A stretch of 63,308 nucleotides of DNA, counting the filler, from Craspedostauros australis (lineage: Eukaryota), in assembly GCA_030167865.1 (NCBI GenBank). It is 10 parts of 10 records of this genome, joined end to end, with 100 filler letters (N's around TTAATTAATTAA, not from the genome) between each part and the next. Parts side by side here need not be neighbours in the genome. Positions count along the whole stretch, not along the records: positions 46,965 to 61,258 come from JALAGF010001897.1; 9 more parts are not named here. The stretch is one strand, 5' to 3'. The notes beneath the pieces were generated by a model. It ran no database searches, was not told the DNA's origin, and worked only from the letters and a program-made list of their open reading frames with translations. Below are positions 48,905-61,150 of the stretch, in pieces. Within the stretch, counting starts at the first letter, position 1, and each line of letters begins with the position of its first letter. The position numbers and the translations under genes are program-made.

Positions 48905-49325
48905 CCCGATCCTCCTCTGTGTCTGTGTCTGTGTCTGTGTCCGACAGTCGTTTCGGATTGATGCGATTTGGCCTGTCTGCTTTTCGCTTGTGTCACATGT
49001 GTGACAACTTAGCACAACCATCCCTGTTCCATGACTCTGTCACCGGTTTGTTTCATCTGGACTGCACAGATACAACAGGCATGACAACGACAACATTACG
49101 CGCACAAAATCACTCGCGCACACTTAGACACGGTGCTTCCAATCCTCCTCCGTGTCTGTGTCCGACGGTCGTTTTCGGATTGTTGCGATTTGGCCTGTCT
49201 GATTTTCGCTTGTATTGCATGATTGACAACTGAGCATGACCAACCCTGTGTTCAATTACTCTGTACCCAATTTGTTGCAGCCAAAAAAACAGATATGACA
49301 GGCATGATAACAGCAGCACTTGCTC
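48905..49325. repeat. Diverged direct duplication of ~200 bp upstream of the Harbinger transposase
   Basis: ATCCTCCTC..TGTCTGTGTCCGAC.GTCGTTT(T)CGGATTG.TGCGATTTGGCCTGTCTG.TTTTCGCTTGT..GACAACT.AGCA..ACAGGCATGA occurs twice. Confidence 0.8.
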
Positions 49326-49424
49326 GGTCTGTGTCCCTCTCTCTCTCTTTTTCCGAGTTGAAGATTGCATTGGTGGATGCCACAATTTAGTCCTCCATCA
49401 TTTGGCATACCAAGACAAACGAAA

Positions 49425-50464
49425 ATGGCAACCGAGGAAACTGAAGTGGCCATTGCGTACAAGGGCATGGAGCTTCCGGGACGAGCGATGGAGTCCAGAG
49501 TCCAGAACCCACTGTCGTATGGTGTTCAAACATGCTTTCGAAGCACCTTCGGAACCCGCACAAAAGTAGCGGCACTGGCATGGGAGGCACTGAATGAGGA
49601 GGACTTACTGCCATGGAATGCAACAGTAGAGCACCTGCTGTGTGCTCTCGTGTTTCTGAAACAATATTCCACATGGGGTGTACTGGCAGGACAAATGGGG
49701 AGGGATGTGAAAACTGTGCAGAAATGGACGCGGGTCATGCTTCGTGCACTGGGACTCCTCAGTCATGAACTTGTAAGTGGCACAACTTCGGTGCATTGAC
49801 AGCAGAACTGCAACACTCATGGTGCAATTGATGAGCCACATGCCGTATCTCTCACAAACTCTACCTTTGCAAATGTTGAAATGTGTTGATCCCATTATGG
49901 ATACGGTTTGCAGATCAAAAAATTGGATGTGCACCAGGAACAACAACCATGGCATCCGTTGATGGCACTGACTTCCCCATTATGGAGCCTACGTTGTTTG
50001 ACCCAGGCTGGTATTCCCACAAATTCCAAGCTGCAGGGCTCCGATATGAAACCTGCGTCTCCATTGCGACAGGCCACCTTGTGTGGGTGGATGGACCATA
50101 TCCTTGCAGAGAGTGACCAGACATCAACATTTATCAGCAGAAGTTGCTACATGCATTGGATCCTGCCAAAGAGATTGTTGCTGACTGTGGGTACAGAGGT
50201 GAGCAAAGCTACTGCTTGGATCGTACACAACGCAATGGTGTGATTCGTGCACCCCATGAAACCGTGCATAAAAGGTTCAAGAACTGGAAGTGCATGAAGC
50301 AAAAATGGTGGCACTGTTTGGACAAGCACCAGTATGCAATATACTCAGTAGCTGTAATCACACAATTGGAACTCAAACATACGAATCCGCTGTTTAACCT
50401 CACCCAAACAATGGGGGTCATCCAAGAGATGGATGGTTGGTTGGATTCCCTGGTGGAACCATAG
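49425..50464 (+). pseudogene. PIF/Harbinger (IS5-related, DDE_Tnp_4-type) transposase, disrupted; intron 49773-49913
   Basis: HLLCALVFLKQY, SVDGTDF, WYSHKF..GLRYE, VWVDGPYPC, VADCGY, HETVHKRFK and VAVITQL..PLF. Frameshift after the intron and TGA at 50114. Confidence 0.9.
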
Positions 50465-50507
50465 GAATACACAATAACCACATGCAATAAACCACTACAC
50501 TTAGAAT

Positions 50508-50569
<62 letters not shown>

Positions 50570-50570
50570 C
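50508..50570. repeat. (AAC)n microsatellite, about 21 units
   Basis: Read directly. Confidence 0.95.
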
Positions 50571-50589
50571 CACGTTTCAATCTATTCGT

Positions 50590-51350
50590 CACCGCAACTG
50601 CTGGAAAGTTGATGCAGTTGGCTGTACCAACAGAGAAAGTAATCCAGGCCAAACCAAGGTGGACTGGAAGAGTGATTCTGGTCTCCAAATGTAAAGGCAA
50701 GGATGAGGAGAAGCAAGAGGAGAAGCAACAGTGGCACAAAGCACCTTGTATGCAATCATGAGTGTGATGTTGGTGAACGCATAGAAGAACAAGGACTGTG
50801 TATAAAGCCTGGCAGTCTTGGAACTCCTGCATCCAACAAGTTTGGCATATCATTTGGCCTCCAATGTCTGTGGAGATGGGACGCAGCTCCTTGTCGAAGC
50901 TCTCCACGTCCTGAAGCAAGGTGGCACTCTGCCAGAAGGTAGCAGGTGCATATCAACCCGATCTATCAAGGAGGCTCAGCATAGAGTGGACTGGGACATC
51001 CTGGCACGGGATTTGTGGTCAGGAGAGCGGAGAAAGCACAGTCCCAACCCTCCTGGGTCATCCAACCACTGCAAGCCCACCCAGTGGCAAGCCAACATGA
51101 CTCATAAGCTACAGCACCTAGCACTGCAACAATGGTCCAGCCAAAATCACAAGCTCCACAAAGAAGGCAAGCGTGGCATGATGTCCCAGCACATGGACTC
51201 CTTTTGCCGAGCCCTTGCCAAGCCCTTGCAGAGCTACCTGGAAAGTGCATACCTACCCACCTCCATCAGCTTGCCAAGAACCTACTAGAACCGAGCTAAG
51301 GAGAGCCAAGTGGGTGCTTGCCCTGACACACAGCATGTCGCATGCTAAGG
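50590..51350 (+). pseudogene. Degenerate non-LTR retrotransposon C-terminal fragment (diatom Ambal-like)
   Basis: EAQHRVDWDILARDLWS..WQANMTHKLQHLALQQWSSQNHKLH fits the Q..IGW..G.W...W...W..RN..LH pattern. Confidence 0.5.
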
Positions 51351-54337
51351 CCCTGGTTCCTCCAGAGCAGTTAGCATAGCTGCGTCATGCAGCTATGCAT
51401 CCAATGTCCTCGGGCGGAACTGCATGCCCGGCACGCCTCCCCCGATCCATTGCAATGGCAGCTGGCGCTGCCACACGTGACACCCGCGCCTACGTTACAC
51501 AGCTTTTGTCGTACACGATTGAACGCCACCATGCAGTGTGGCAAGACCTGCCAACATTATCCGTTCCAGCTGGATGTCTTTTGTGGAATAGACAAGGCGG
51601 CACAACCGCGCCTTCGGCGCACAGTCAAAGACTATAATCAGTATTTTATAACAACAGAACAAGAACTGCAAACAGCACACATGGGGAGGAAGAGAGCGGC
51701 AACCTGCATTGTCAGCATGGTAGGTTGGTCTTACATCAGTTATTACAGGGAGGATTGTGTGTGAGCTTTGGACGAAGTCGTCACGAACAATACGCCCGTT
51801 GGACAAAGTCCGCAGCCGGTCGCAAATGATGAGGAAAGAAACAGCAGGACCTGTGAAATGGGTGATTCGAACAAACAGCAGGAAAATCTGGAAAATAGCA
51901 ACAATGGACCCACTTTCTATTCTTTCTATGTCGAAATTTAAAAAACACCATTTTCCCTTCCCCTCCACAGCAAGAGCGTAAGACACACAAGGACGAGTAC
52001 CTCCGTAGATCGCGTGAGTATGACCGATGGTGAGAATGGTTGATGCGACGGTTGAGGAATGGCGACGCATGTCGCTTCTTCTGATTGAACCAGACACCCA
52101 AGAACCAAACAAGAAAGCGAAGTTGTTTTCGTGCGAGAGGCTGCGATCCTGCTTCTGGATTTCTGCTTTCGCTGCTTCTCTCCGTTCGTCTCTAATTCTT
52201 CTTCTTCGTGTCCATTGCAGTGCCGCATGTACGAGTACTCGTATCGACGAAGGCATTTCTGTGTGCATGAGCGTGGTAGAGCATGAGCATTGGCATGTGT
52301 ATTCGCAAAGTGTTGTAAAAAAGCGTTGTAAAGTATGGTGTCAATGAAGCGAGTATGTACCTCTTCGAGTGAATGTGGCGTCGCATCGAATAGAGCAAGG
52401 CATGGAGGGTAGGAGTCAGTGCACTCAAATAGAATAGCTCTAACATGTGGTGGTTTTGAATTAGTGAGACGGACGGCGATGTGATCGTGAGGATGGAAAC
52501 GATCGGCATGGAAGTGCGTGCGGTGTCTGGCTTGGAGCATTATTCTAAGAGCGGTAGTGGGCAGTATTATAAACGCGACACGAGGCATTGGCAGATTGGT
52601 GGAAGCGACTTGTGGTGTGGTGCGGCACGATGTTCCACTTTCTTCAGCATTGCATCGTGGATCGTTTCGTAATGCCACACCACACCACACCATGCCATAC
52701 CGTGTGATGTGATTTCATGGCGTGGGCGCGTGAATTCTTTGGTTGTTGAACGATGGGGAGATTTCACGAACAGATCTGACAGACCGCAACCTTTTTTGGC
52801 TTTCTTCGCTTTGTGGGTGGTTCTGGTTGTCTCTGTATCCGTCTCCCTCAATGCATTTCTCTGCCCTCGTCACTTCGCTTCAACGTGTGAGTACCGAGTG
52901 GCATCGATCGTTGTTTGCGCCGGAACGAACTGTATGGTGACTCAACCCGCTCAGAGAGAGAGAGAAGGTTGTGGGTTGATCAATGCAGCACAGCGATGAA
53001 GTCGTCGCTTCCACTTTGATTGTGGTTGTGGGAAGTGTTGTCGTCATTGTTGTCGCACTTCTGTGTGTTAGGCGGCACGGTATCGAAATCGCGGTCACTT
53101 CTGTGCAGATCATGACTGTCAAGTGAGAAGCGTTGGTCATTTCGAATGCTGTGCCCTTGTGCTACTACCGCTGCGACAGACTCTCCGAGGCGTTGGCCAC
53201 GTTGCGCATTGCATTCGGTTCGCAAGGAGGGGCTGACAGGGCCGAAAGTACCTTCGGAGTGCGCCAATCGCGTTTTCCTCACGTGGTGTCGCTATTGAAG
53301 TCGTTATGTAGTACCTTCAATATAGAGTGTGCATCGCTTATGTCCAGGTTTATTCTCCTTGAAGTTGGCTTCAAGTTACGCTGTTACGTTGGAGGCAGTA
53401 CTGCAAAGCCGCTATCGTGTTCATCCTGCACACAGGACAAAGCCGAGAGGTCCAAACGCACGACGACCAACGAATAAGACGAGAAGCCGTGACGTATGGT
53501 ACATACATCGAGTACTGTGAGTGTACGGTAGTTCGAACACGGGAAAGAACTTTCTTGCACCACCTCGGCTGTAGGTTGTGTGCCACGCGAGCGCTCTTGT
53601 CCTTATCGCGTGAACCACACGGTAATGCATGACAAAAGAGGGGAGGGAACCAAACAGAAAATTGCTCCACAAACGCCCAACGCCTCAAACACAGTGCTGT
53701 CTGGTTGCATGGCGTGTACCGCACACGCACGATTGCTACCGCACGCATCGCATTGTGGATTGCGTCACCTCGTAACAAGGCACGAAACAAAACGCAAAGA
53801 AAGCAAAGAGACAAACAGCACGCAGTACTCATGCACACAAGACGAAGACGCAACAGCACACAATCACACAAACAGAAGCAAGATAGCAAAGTCGTCACAA
53901 GACGTCACACAACAAGTTCGAAGGCATCCTCGTCATCCTCCATCCGCCACTCACCCGCCACCCATCCAGTTCGTCGCTTCCTCGCGATTCGATCCATCTG
54001 GCACTCATCGCCCACACAAACCGTAGACCGAACCAAATTAAATCAAGTTCATCCCATCTTGCTCTTGATCATCTTCTGATCATCTCCTGATTATCTCGAG
54101 GTTGTTTTCATCAACTACAACAGAGTGCTCTGCCAACACTCACAGACCAAGAAGGAAAAACCAAGAACGACTTCCGCGGAACCTCTGCTGACATCATCAC
54201 CCAGACCACCTTCTTCTCATCAGCAATTGCATTACCACTTGCATTCGCACTACCACACCATACCATACTATCGCGCCATTGCCATACAATACCACACCAA
54301 AAGCAACAACAACAACAACGACAACATCGTGATCACA

Positions 54338-56113
54338 ATGAACCAAACAACACTCCGACAAGACCTCCAGCAGACACTCGGCAAGACGGTGGGAGTTGGA
54401 CAAGCCAGCGCCTTCAACCCCACCACCCTGTTCACCGCCATTCCCGGCATGAAGCCTGACCAGCTGCAGCAACAGTACCAGCAGCATCAGCAACAACAGC
54501 AGCAGCAGAGCCAACAGGGCGGCAACCAGTCCATCCAGCAACAGCAGCAGCTGAACCAGCAATCGCAAAACCAGCAGCAGCAGCAGCAGGGCCAGACGCA
54601 AGGCCAGCAGACCCAGAACCAGCAGAGCTCCCAGCAGAACACTCAGCAGCAGCGGTTTGCTCCCATCAGCACGGACAACCTCTTCCCCCAGAACCAGCAG
54701 CACCCCTCCTTATCCCTCAACTCCATGGCGGCGCTGCAGCAGGTGGGCAACTTCGGAGGCCTCACCCCAGCCTCCCTTCAGAACACCCTCAGCAACCTCA
54801 ACAACTTTGGCAATCTCAACAACCTCAACAACCTGAGCGGCCTCCCCATGAACATGGGCATGAACATGGGGGTGGGCATGAACGTGAACGTGGGTATGAA
54901 CGCCAACGCGAACTCCGCCATGAACGGAGCCAACGGCGTCGCAGCCAACTTCCCCAACCTCAACGTGAACGTCAATGGTGGTGCGTCCAACAACGTCAAT
55001 GTCAACAACGCGGCGGCCTTCCTCTCGCAGCAAATGCCCATGGCCAGCGCCCTCGTGGCCAACGGCGGCGCAAGCGACAATGGCGCTAATGGCAACGGCG
55101 CCGCGGATGCCGCCAGTGCGACGGCCAGTGCAAGCACAAACGCGAATTCCGGTGGAAGCACGAACGCGACCTCGGCTGCGGCCACAAACGCACAGGCGCT
55201 GGGCAATAGTCTCAACGCGAGCCTCGGCCTCTTCCAGCAGCAGCAACAGCATGGCAGCTCCCAGCTGTCGCAACCGCCGACGAAGAAGCGGCGCATCGAC
55301 ACCACCACGGACACCAGCCTGCTGCCCACCCATCACACCTCCCTGCTCGAAGCGGCCTCCATCCTGCCCACCGCCATCAAGGGACTCTCCGCCCCCACCA
55401 TCAGCAGCAGCAACGGAAGCGCCGCAACCAACAACGACGCCAACACCACCGCCAGCAACCAAAGCGCAAGGTCCAACTCCAAAGCCAAGGCCAAGCATGG
55501 CGAGAAGCCCCTCAAGCCCATCCCGCCCAGCAAGGTCGGCATCAGCGAGTACAACGACAACGACGTCCTCAGCGGCCGCGGCGGCGGCACCAACGTCCAC
55601 TCCGGCAACCGCACCTTCCGAGACCTCATCAACATGCACCGCCGCAACTACCTCAAGGCCCGCAAGAACGACAAGCCCGCCATCTCGCGCGCCATCGTCC
55701 GCACCATCCGCGAGAACAACGGCCGCTTCCTCAAGAAGGACGAGAAGACCGGTCTCTGGTTCGAGATCGGCGACGACGCGGCGCGCGAGAAGACCAGCCA
55801 GGCCCTGCGGCAGCGCGCGCCAGAGATGCGCAAGCTCCTCTTCGACACGGAGCAGGAGGAGGCCCGCGCCGCCGTGGCCGACCAGCAGCTCATCCGTCAG
55901 CGCATGCTCTCGGGCGGCATGCCGGGCAGCTTCATCGGCCAGAACGTTCTCAACGCGGATGCGCAGGCCATGATGAACATGAATCCCATGCTGCTGCAGG
56001 CCATGGCCAACAAGGGCTTGGGATCGGCGGCCGCCGGCAACGACTTCTCGCAGATGCTCAACGCGGCGCTGCTGCAGAACGGGATCAACCGATTCACGCC
56101 CAACGGTGCCTGA
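54338..56113 (+). CDS. DUF6824-domain protein with a Q/N-rich N-terminus (putative transcription regulator)
   Basis: NDVLSGRGGGTNVHSGNRTFRDLI..GRFLKKD..WFEIGDDAAREKTSQALR, an NLS-like PPTKKRR, and polyQ and N/G/M-rich tracts. Confidence 0.9.
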   Translation: MNQTTLRQDLQQTLGKTVGVGQASAFNPTTLFTAIPGMKPDQLQQQYQQHQQQQQQQSQQGGNQSIQQQQQLNQQSQNQQQQQQGQTQGQQTQNQQSSQQNTQQQRFAPISTDNLFPQNQQHPSLSLNSMAALQQVGNFGGLTPASLQNTLSNLNNFGNLNNLNNLSGLPMNMGMNMGVGMNVNVGMNANANSAMNGANGVAANFPNLNVNVNGGASNNVNVNNAAAFLSQQMPMASALVANGGASDNGANGNGAADAASATASASTNANSGGSTNATSAAATNAQALGNSLNASLGLFQQQQQHGSSQLSQPPTKKRRIDTTTDTSLLPTHHTSLLEAASILPTAIKGLSAPTISSSNGSAATNNDANTTASNQSARSNSKAKAKHGEKPLKPIPPSKVGISEYNDNDVLSGRGGGTNVHSGNRTFRDLINMHRRNYLKARKNDKPAISRAIVRTIRENNGRFLKKDEKTGLWFEIGDDAAREKTSQALRQRAPEMRKLLFDTEQEEARAAVADQQLIRQRMLSGGMPGSFIGQNVLNADAQAMMNMNPMLLQAMANKGLGSAAAGNDFSQMLNAALLQNGINRFTPNGA

Positions 56114-56415
56114 TCAGACGACGGCATGTTCCCCCAACGGGGTGTGGGTTCGTCCGCGTCTGTGTACAATAGGAGTGCGGTATCGCGTCCAAGGTTATGA
56201 CATATTAAATGTACCACTCTACTCTAATTCACTTTATTTCATACAACAAATCAACCGCATCGAAGGATAGTCGTGTACGTATACTAGTTTGTAGTGCTAT
56301 TCTATGCGTGGACATGAACATGTATGGCTGTATCAGTTTGTCTTGATCTATCGTCGTCATCTCTAGAGACGACAAAGACACAGCGCTTGCCTGGTAGCTC
56401 CTTCCTCCGATTGCC

Positions 56416-57894
56416 TCAACCAGAGCGAGAAGAAGATCGTCGATGCGCAGTGGTCTTGCGGCAGGAGGACAAGCGCAGACGAACCGGATCGATCGGGCTG
56501 TTATCGGAGGATTGCGATGATGAGTCTCCAAACAGGATCTCCCAAGTTGTGGGCTGGTATTTGCTCAAGGCTCGCGCTTGCTGTTGTTGAGATCGTGGGT
56601 GTGCGGGTGATTTGCTGTTGCGTTGGTGGAACGGATTCGCCATCGGCACGACAAAGGCGGCCTTGGAGTTCACGGGGTGGGCCTTTCGATCTTGGTCCTG
56701 GCTTGGATGTTGACGTTGGCCATGATTCTGGGTTGGGCGCCATTGCTGTTGCTGTTGCTGTGGCTGTTGCTGTGGCTGTTGCTGTGGCTGTTGCTGTGGC
56801 TGTTGTGGTAGAAGCGGACATCGACGTGGGCGTTTCGCCGTCTGCAACGTTGGCCCATCGATCGCTCCGACCGCACCGACCGCACAAGTGGCAGCAGTTG
56901 CTTTGGTGCTTGATGAGGCCATCGCACAGCGGCTTCGCTTGGATGCGCCTTTGTGTTGGTGCTTGCCGCAGTCATCTGGGCGCATCTGATTCGTTTCATC
57001 ACGGCGCGGTTGGAAGGCTGTGGATCTCTTGCTGCGTGGCTTCTTTGTCGCACTCTCACCGACATCCCTACGTCGCGTAGCGTTCATCGGCTTCATTGCA
57101 TTGCTGATGTGGATCTCATGCAGCACAGCCGGTTCCTTGACAATGCTGATTGATTTCGGAATGCCCGAGTTCCGACTCAAGCGCTTCTTCAACGGGCGAT
57201 CTCGGGTCCTCAGCAGGCCATACTTCAGCGCGATCTTGTGGGACGACATGCTTCCAGTCACCTGCTGCATCTCGGGGCGTCCGGGAGGGCGATCCTTGAA
57301 GACGACGAATGGCTGCTTGAATCCCCACTTCCTGTCCAGAGCATCCATGACCTCCTTGTTGACGTTGCCATTGCCGTCCACGTTTCCGAATATCGAAGTC
57401 GTATCTTCTGCAGCATGAGTCATGGCTGATTGTTTCTTGTCATCGCAGTCCTTGTCATCGTCGCTGTCCTTCCATTCGAACACGTCGGAGCCGGAGCTGT
57501 CCGAGCTGTCGGCGACCTTGGATCGTCTGCGGCAGTCCAAACCAAAATCGAGAGCATCAGATGCATCATCAACAGTGGCTTCGTTGTCGCCACTGTTGCT
57601 CTTGCTGCTGTCGTGCTCGCCACGTGCGTGATCAGGTCCGCCAGCAGATGCGTCTGAGCCACTTGTGCCGTTCCATTCAACCGTATCATTGGATGAACTA
57701 CGGGAAGTCGCGTCACGATGCTTCTGATTGTTGCCTCCCATTCCCGGCATTCTTCTTGTTGTCGGCTGTCTTGTGTCGACTCTGCTTTGATGATCTTCCC
57801 TGTCTTCGTATACATGACCCGAGCTGGTGCTTGTACCAGGATCAGGTTCCAAGGCTGAGCTTGCGCTGCCTCCAAGAGCCAGTTGTGGCGCCAA
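56416..57894 (-). CDS. Hypothetical low-complexity protein (5' end uncertain)
   Basis: 492-aa ORF with S/D-rich, basic and QQQP-repeat segments. Non-ATG start in the track, so an upstream exon is possible. Confidence 0.55.
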   Translation of the reverse strand: MAPQLALGGSASSALEPDPGTSTSSGHVYEDREDHQSRVDTRQPTTRRMPGMGGNNQKHRDATSRSSSNDTVEWNGTSGSDASAGGPDHARGEHDSSKSNSGDNEATVDDASDALDFGLDCRRRSKVADSSDSSGSDVFEWKDSDDDKDCDDKKQSAMTHAAEDTTSIFGNVDGNGNVNKEVMDALDRKWGFKQPFVVFKDRPPGRPEMQQVTGSMSSHKIALKYGLLRTRDRPLKKRLSRNSGIPKSISIVKEPAVLHEIHISNAMKPMNATRRRDVGESATKKPRSKRSTAFQPRRDETNQMRPDDCGKHQHKGASKRSRCAMASSSTKATAATCAVGAVGAIDGPTLQTAKRPRRCPLLPQQPQQQPQQQPQQQPQQQQQQWRPTQNHGQRQHPSQDQDRKAHPVNSKAAFVVPMANPFHQRNSKSPAHPRSQQQQARALSKYQPTTWEILFGDSSSQSSDNSPIDPVRLRLSSCRKTTAHRRSSSRSG

Positions 57895-60139
57895 CGTTTT
57901 TGGTTCCAGTCGGCCACAATTGGATCACAGTACAAATGGTCTGTAGAATCTAGTACATTTTCTACGTAAGTCCCGAACAAAAAAAGGCCAAAAACAGCAT
58001 CTTTCATAGTCAAACTCTCCGGACGTAGCTTGTGTGAGTGTTCCTGTACTCGTATTTCCATAGTAACATTATATGGCATTTATATATACAATCCTTAAGT
58101 TTGCTGGCTGTTGCTCCCTTGCTCGGTGAGCACTGATGTGATCCATCAAGCACCCCCATCATTCACGGATGATTTTAGCATCTGGTTGGCTAGTTTTCTT
58201 GTTCTGGTTGTTCCAAAGAAGTGTTCCAACCTTCGCTGACGTCATGATGACACAAGCGTTGGAACCAGAATTCTCCAAACTTGCCGCTGAAATTTTGGAT
58301 CCGAGTGGTCAAATACCATTCCGACCTCCATGGGAGCACTAAACGCAAGCATACCACCATACCATCGCACTCAGACAACATGGCTGTGACCGCCTCGGAG
58401 AGGGGATTCTAACATGATACGCATTGTTGCGAATGAGCCAACGAATGCTCAGCGCGGAGACTTCAAAGATGGAGGGTCGAATTTCTCGAAGAAAAGAGGC
58501 AAGATCCTACTGAACTCCTGTAGAATCCTACTTGTAGCCAATGAAAACCCGGTCCGTCCTTCGTCCGAAGGCAAAACCACACCAAGGGGGCCAACAAACA
58601 CATTAAGATCGACAAGATAGTAGTAACAACAAGATAATGTTATTACTTTCCTGGATAGCCCTGGCTCTGAATTTTACGTAGATGTAAAGAGATGTTCGAT
58701 TGGGTGTCTGCAACATCAAGTCTGAACGTGGGAAAAACTGATCCAAAATCTGTAGCCAATTGTAGCCAACAATCGCCAATTTCTTTTGGGTCTGTTTGAT
58801 CGCCACAAGACTGGATGGTCGTACTGGTTGACTGCCAGACGGTACGACCTGAGCGATGGGTTCGACCCGAATGATCCTATGGCGTTCTTGTGATTGGAGT
58901 TCGCTTTTTCAAACAGTATTGGCGTTATAAGCGTTATTCTCGAGCCAATGAATCAGTCGATTGAGTCGAAGTTCCCATCATTTCAGTGATTCAAATCACG
59001 ACGCTCGGAGTCGTCCACGATGCTCGGAGTCGTTTTCAGCGCTTGTCCCGTGTCTTGATGGCAAAACACAACACAAACAACAGGAACATCGGCATCGGCA
59101 TCGGCATCGGCATCAACAGATCCGCACCACCCGGACCCGTCACCAAGTCAAAACCATTCATGTTGGCATAGCATCTATTCTACAATAGTTCATAAAAAAC
59201 CGTATTCCTCCGTTCCGAAATGATTTCCACTTATCTATTTTATCATCGGTTCGATGCCGTGTCGTAGTGGGCAACTTTGGGAGCTGCGGTAGAACCCTTC
59301 CCAGTCGCCTCCCACCCTGGACTGACGCTCCCTTTTTGACCTTCGGTACCCATCGTAGTATTGTCAACGGTTGATGTACTAATGTGTGTAGATACCATGA
59401 TAACAATACCAGATTAATGGAGGACAGGAGCTCCACATTTAGACTGTTTGTTCAGCGCCATGTCTCCACGTTTCTGTCATTGAATGACTTTGCAAGAGTT
59501 GGTTCATGTGCCTTCACTAGTTCGGGTGGTTGGAAGGTTAATTTTTGTTTTCGCACACCCTGTTCCGCGAGTGTGAGTCCTCCCAACTCCCTCGGCTTGC
59601 GCTCCCTCTCGCAAGTCTTCCCCAACCCTTCCAACTCGAACACCGCCACTGGTTCATGCCCCAGCGCACATCCGACCTGCGCGGAATGCGGAACGGTGTC
59701 GCGATAACACTAGTTGTAGAGTTTTCGCCCCTTGTTGCCACTAGTTCGCTTGCTTTTGGAAGAAGCGGCGATTTTACATTTAGATCTATTTCGTGTTGCC
59801 TCTCTCCGATCTGCTGTCTACGTCACAGGGCAAGGATTCCGCGTCATGCCAAACCACTCACAACACAGCGTGTGAAATTGTCCAACAGTGTCCGACTCTT
59901 CCTCCACAACTCAATGAGGTGGCTGTGTAGCACACACCAGTAGTGCCACAACATGAGGATGACAGTCACAAGGTGCCTTGTATCTTCCACTCTCTCCCAT
60001 GTGAGAGGGCCACAGTCATTCTACATTCTGTGTGTGCTACAACTACAAGCAGCTCAGATCAAGAGTAGCTTGTTTGAGATGCACAGTGTTTCCTGTGTTC
60101 ACTTTGTGAGGAGAAATTTGTTGCCTCGGTTGTGTTGTT

Positions 60140-61150
60140 GTGGAATGGATGCGCAATTCGGAACTCGCAAAGTGTCCCCATTGTTTGGCACATTTGGTAG
60201 AATTATGGGTAATATCCACATCTCCCAACACCATGAACTGGTTGGGAACACCAAACTCGACACAACAACCCAACAATGGAGAAGCACAACAAAACTTCAC
60301 AAGTGCCATCAAACGGCATCAACGGCACTGCGACAACCAACGGTCCAGCGCAAGATATGAGCGCATAGGCGAAACCACCATGGGAAGCTTGGTGAATGAG
60401 CGAGAGGAGAATGCCAGAGTGGTCGATTTGGGACCCTGGCGCATCCACATGCAAATGACACAATTCGGAGGAAAATCCGCTGGTTTGATATGATCTTTGC
60501 ATGGAATGCACAGGCCATCCCAACGACTGTGAATGGGCAAGACGCATCCAGGAGGAAACGATGGAAGTGCCCACGAAGTATGAGGCTCAACGGTGGCCTG
60601 GAAGGTGCAGAGGGAAAGGATCAAGTGGGGGGGGGGGGAACAGTCTTTTGGTGGGTGGTGGCACACACATCACATGGCTTTGGCGGTGATGGGTGCCATC
60701 CACAAGTCTCCCAAATCGCCAAGCCACCCATTCAAGATGTGTCCAGAATCAACTCGAGATGGCCAGGGCGAAGTATCCTGCGCGGATATTGGCTGGAAAA
60801 CGCTGCAGTCTGGGAGGCACACGAGGGTTTTTGGGGTGTCGCAAAAACTTGATGATGGCGTCATCACATGGAGGTGTACCTTCCAAGGTATGAACGCCCC
60901 ACCCACTATGAATGCATCAACATGTCGCCAAGGAATGTGGGAATGCATGAGGGGCGTGTGGAGGGGCTGCAAGGTCGTATCAACGAGATACGGATCCAAA
61001 TATGAACAGCATCCGCGCGGCCCCCAAAATGTCGAAATTTCTGTGTTTCAGTGCAGGGAGGCTTTGGGGCAGACAGAGCTCCCAAATCGTTCTGTCCTTC
61101 ATGGAGCGGATATGTGGGGAGTATATGGAGCCAATGTGGTGCGCAAATGC
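60140..61150 (+). pseudogene. Possible second degenerate non-LTR C-terminal fragment
   Basis: DIGWKTLQSGRHTRVFGVSQ...GMWECMRGVWRGC fits the same pattern. Many frame disruptions. Confidence 0.35.

Noticed and set aside
50209..50919. Poly-Cys ORF
   Set aside because: It is the translation of the (AAC)n microsatellite on the reverse strand.
51400..54100. Harbinger second (Myb/SANT) ORF or right TIR
   Set aside because: Neither could be identified by eye.
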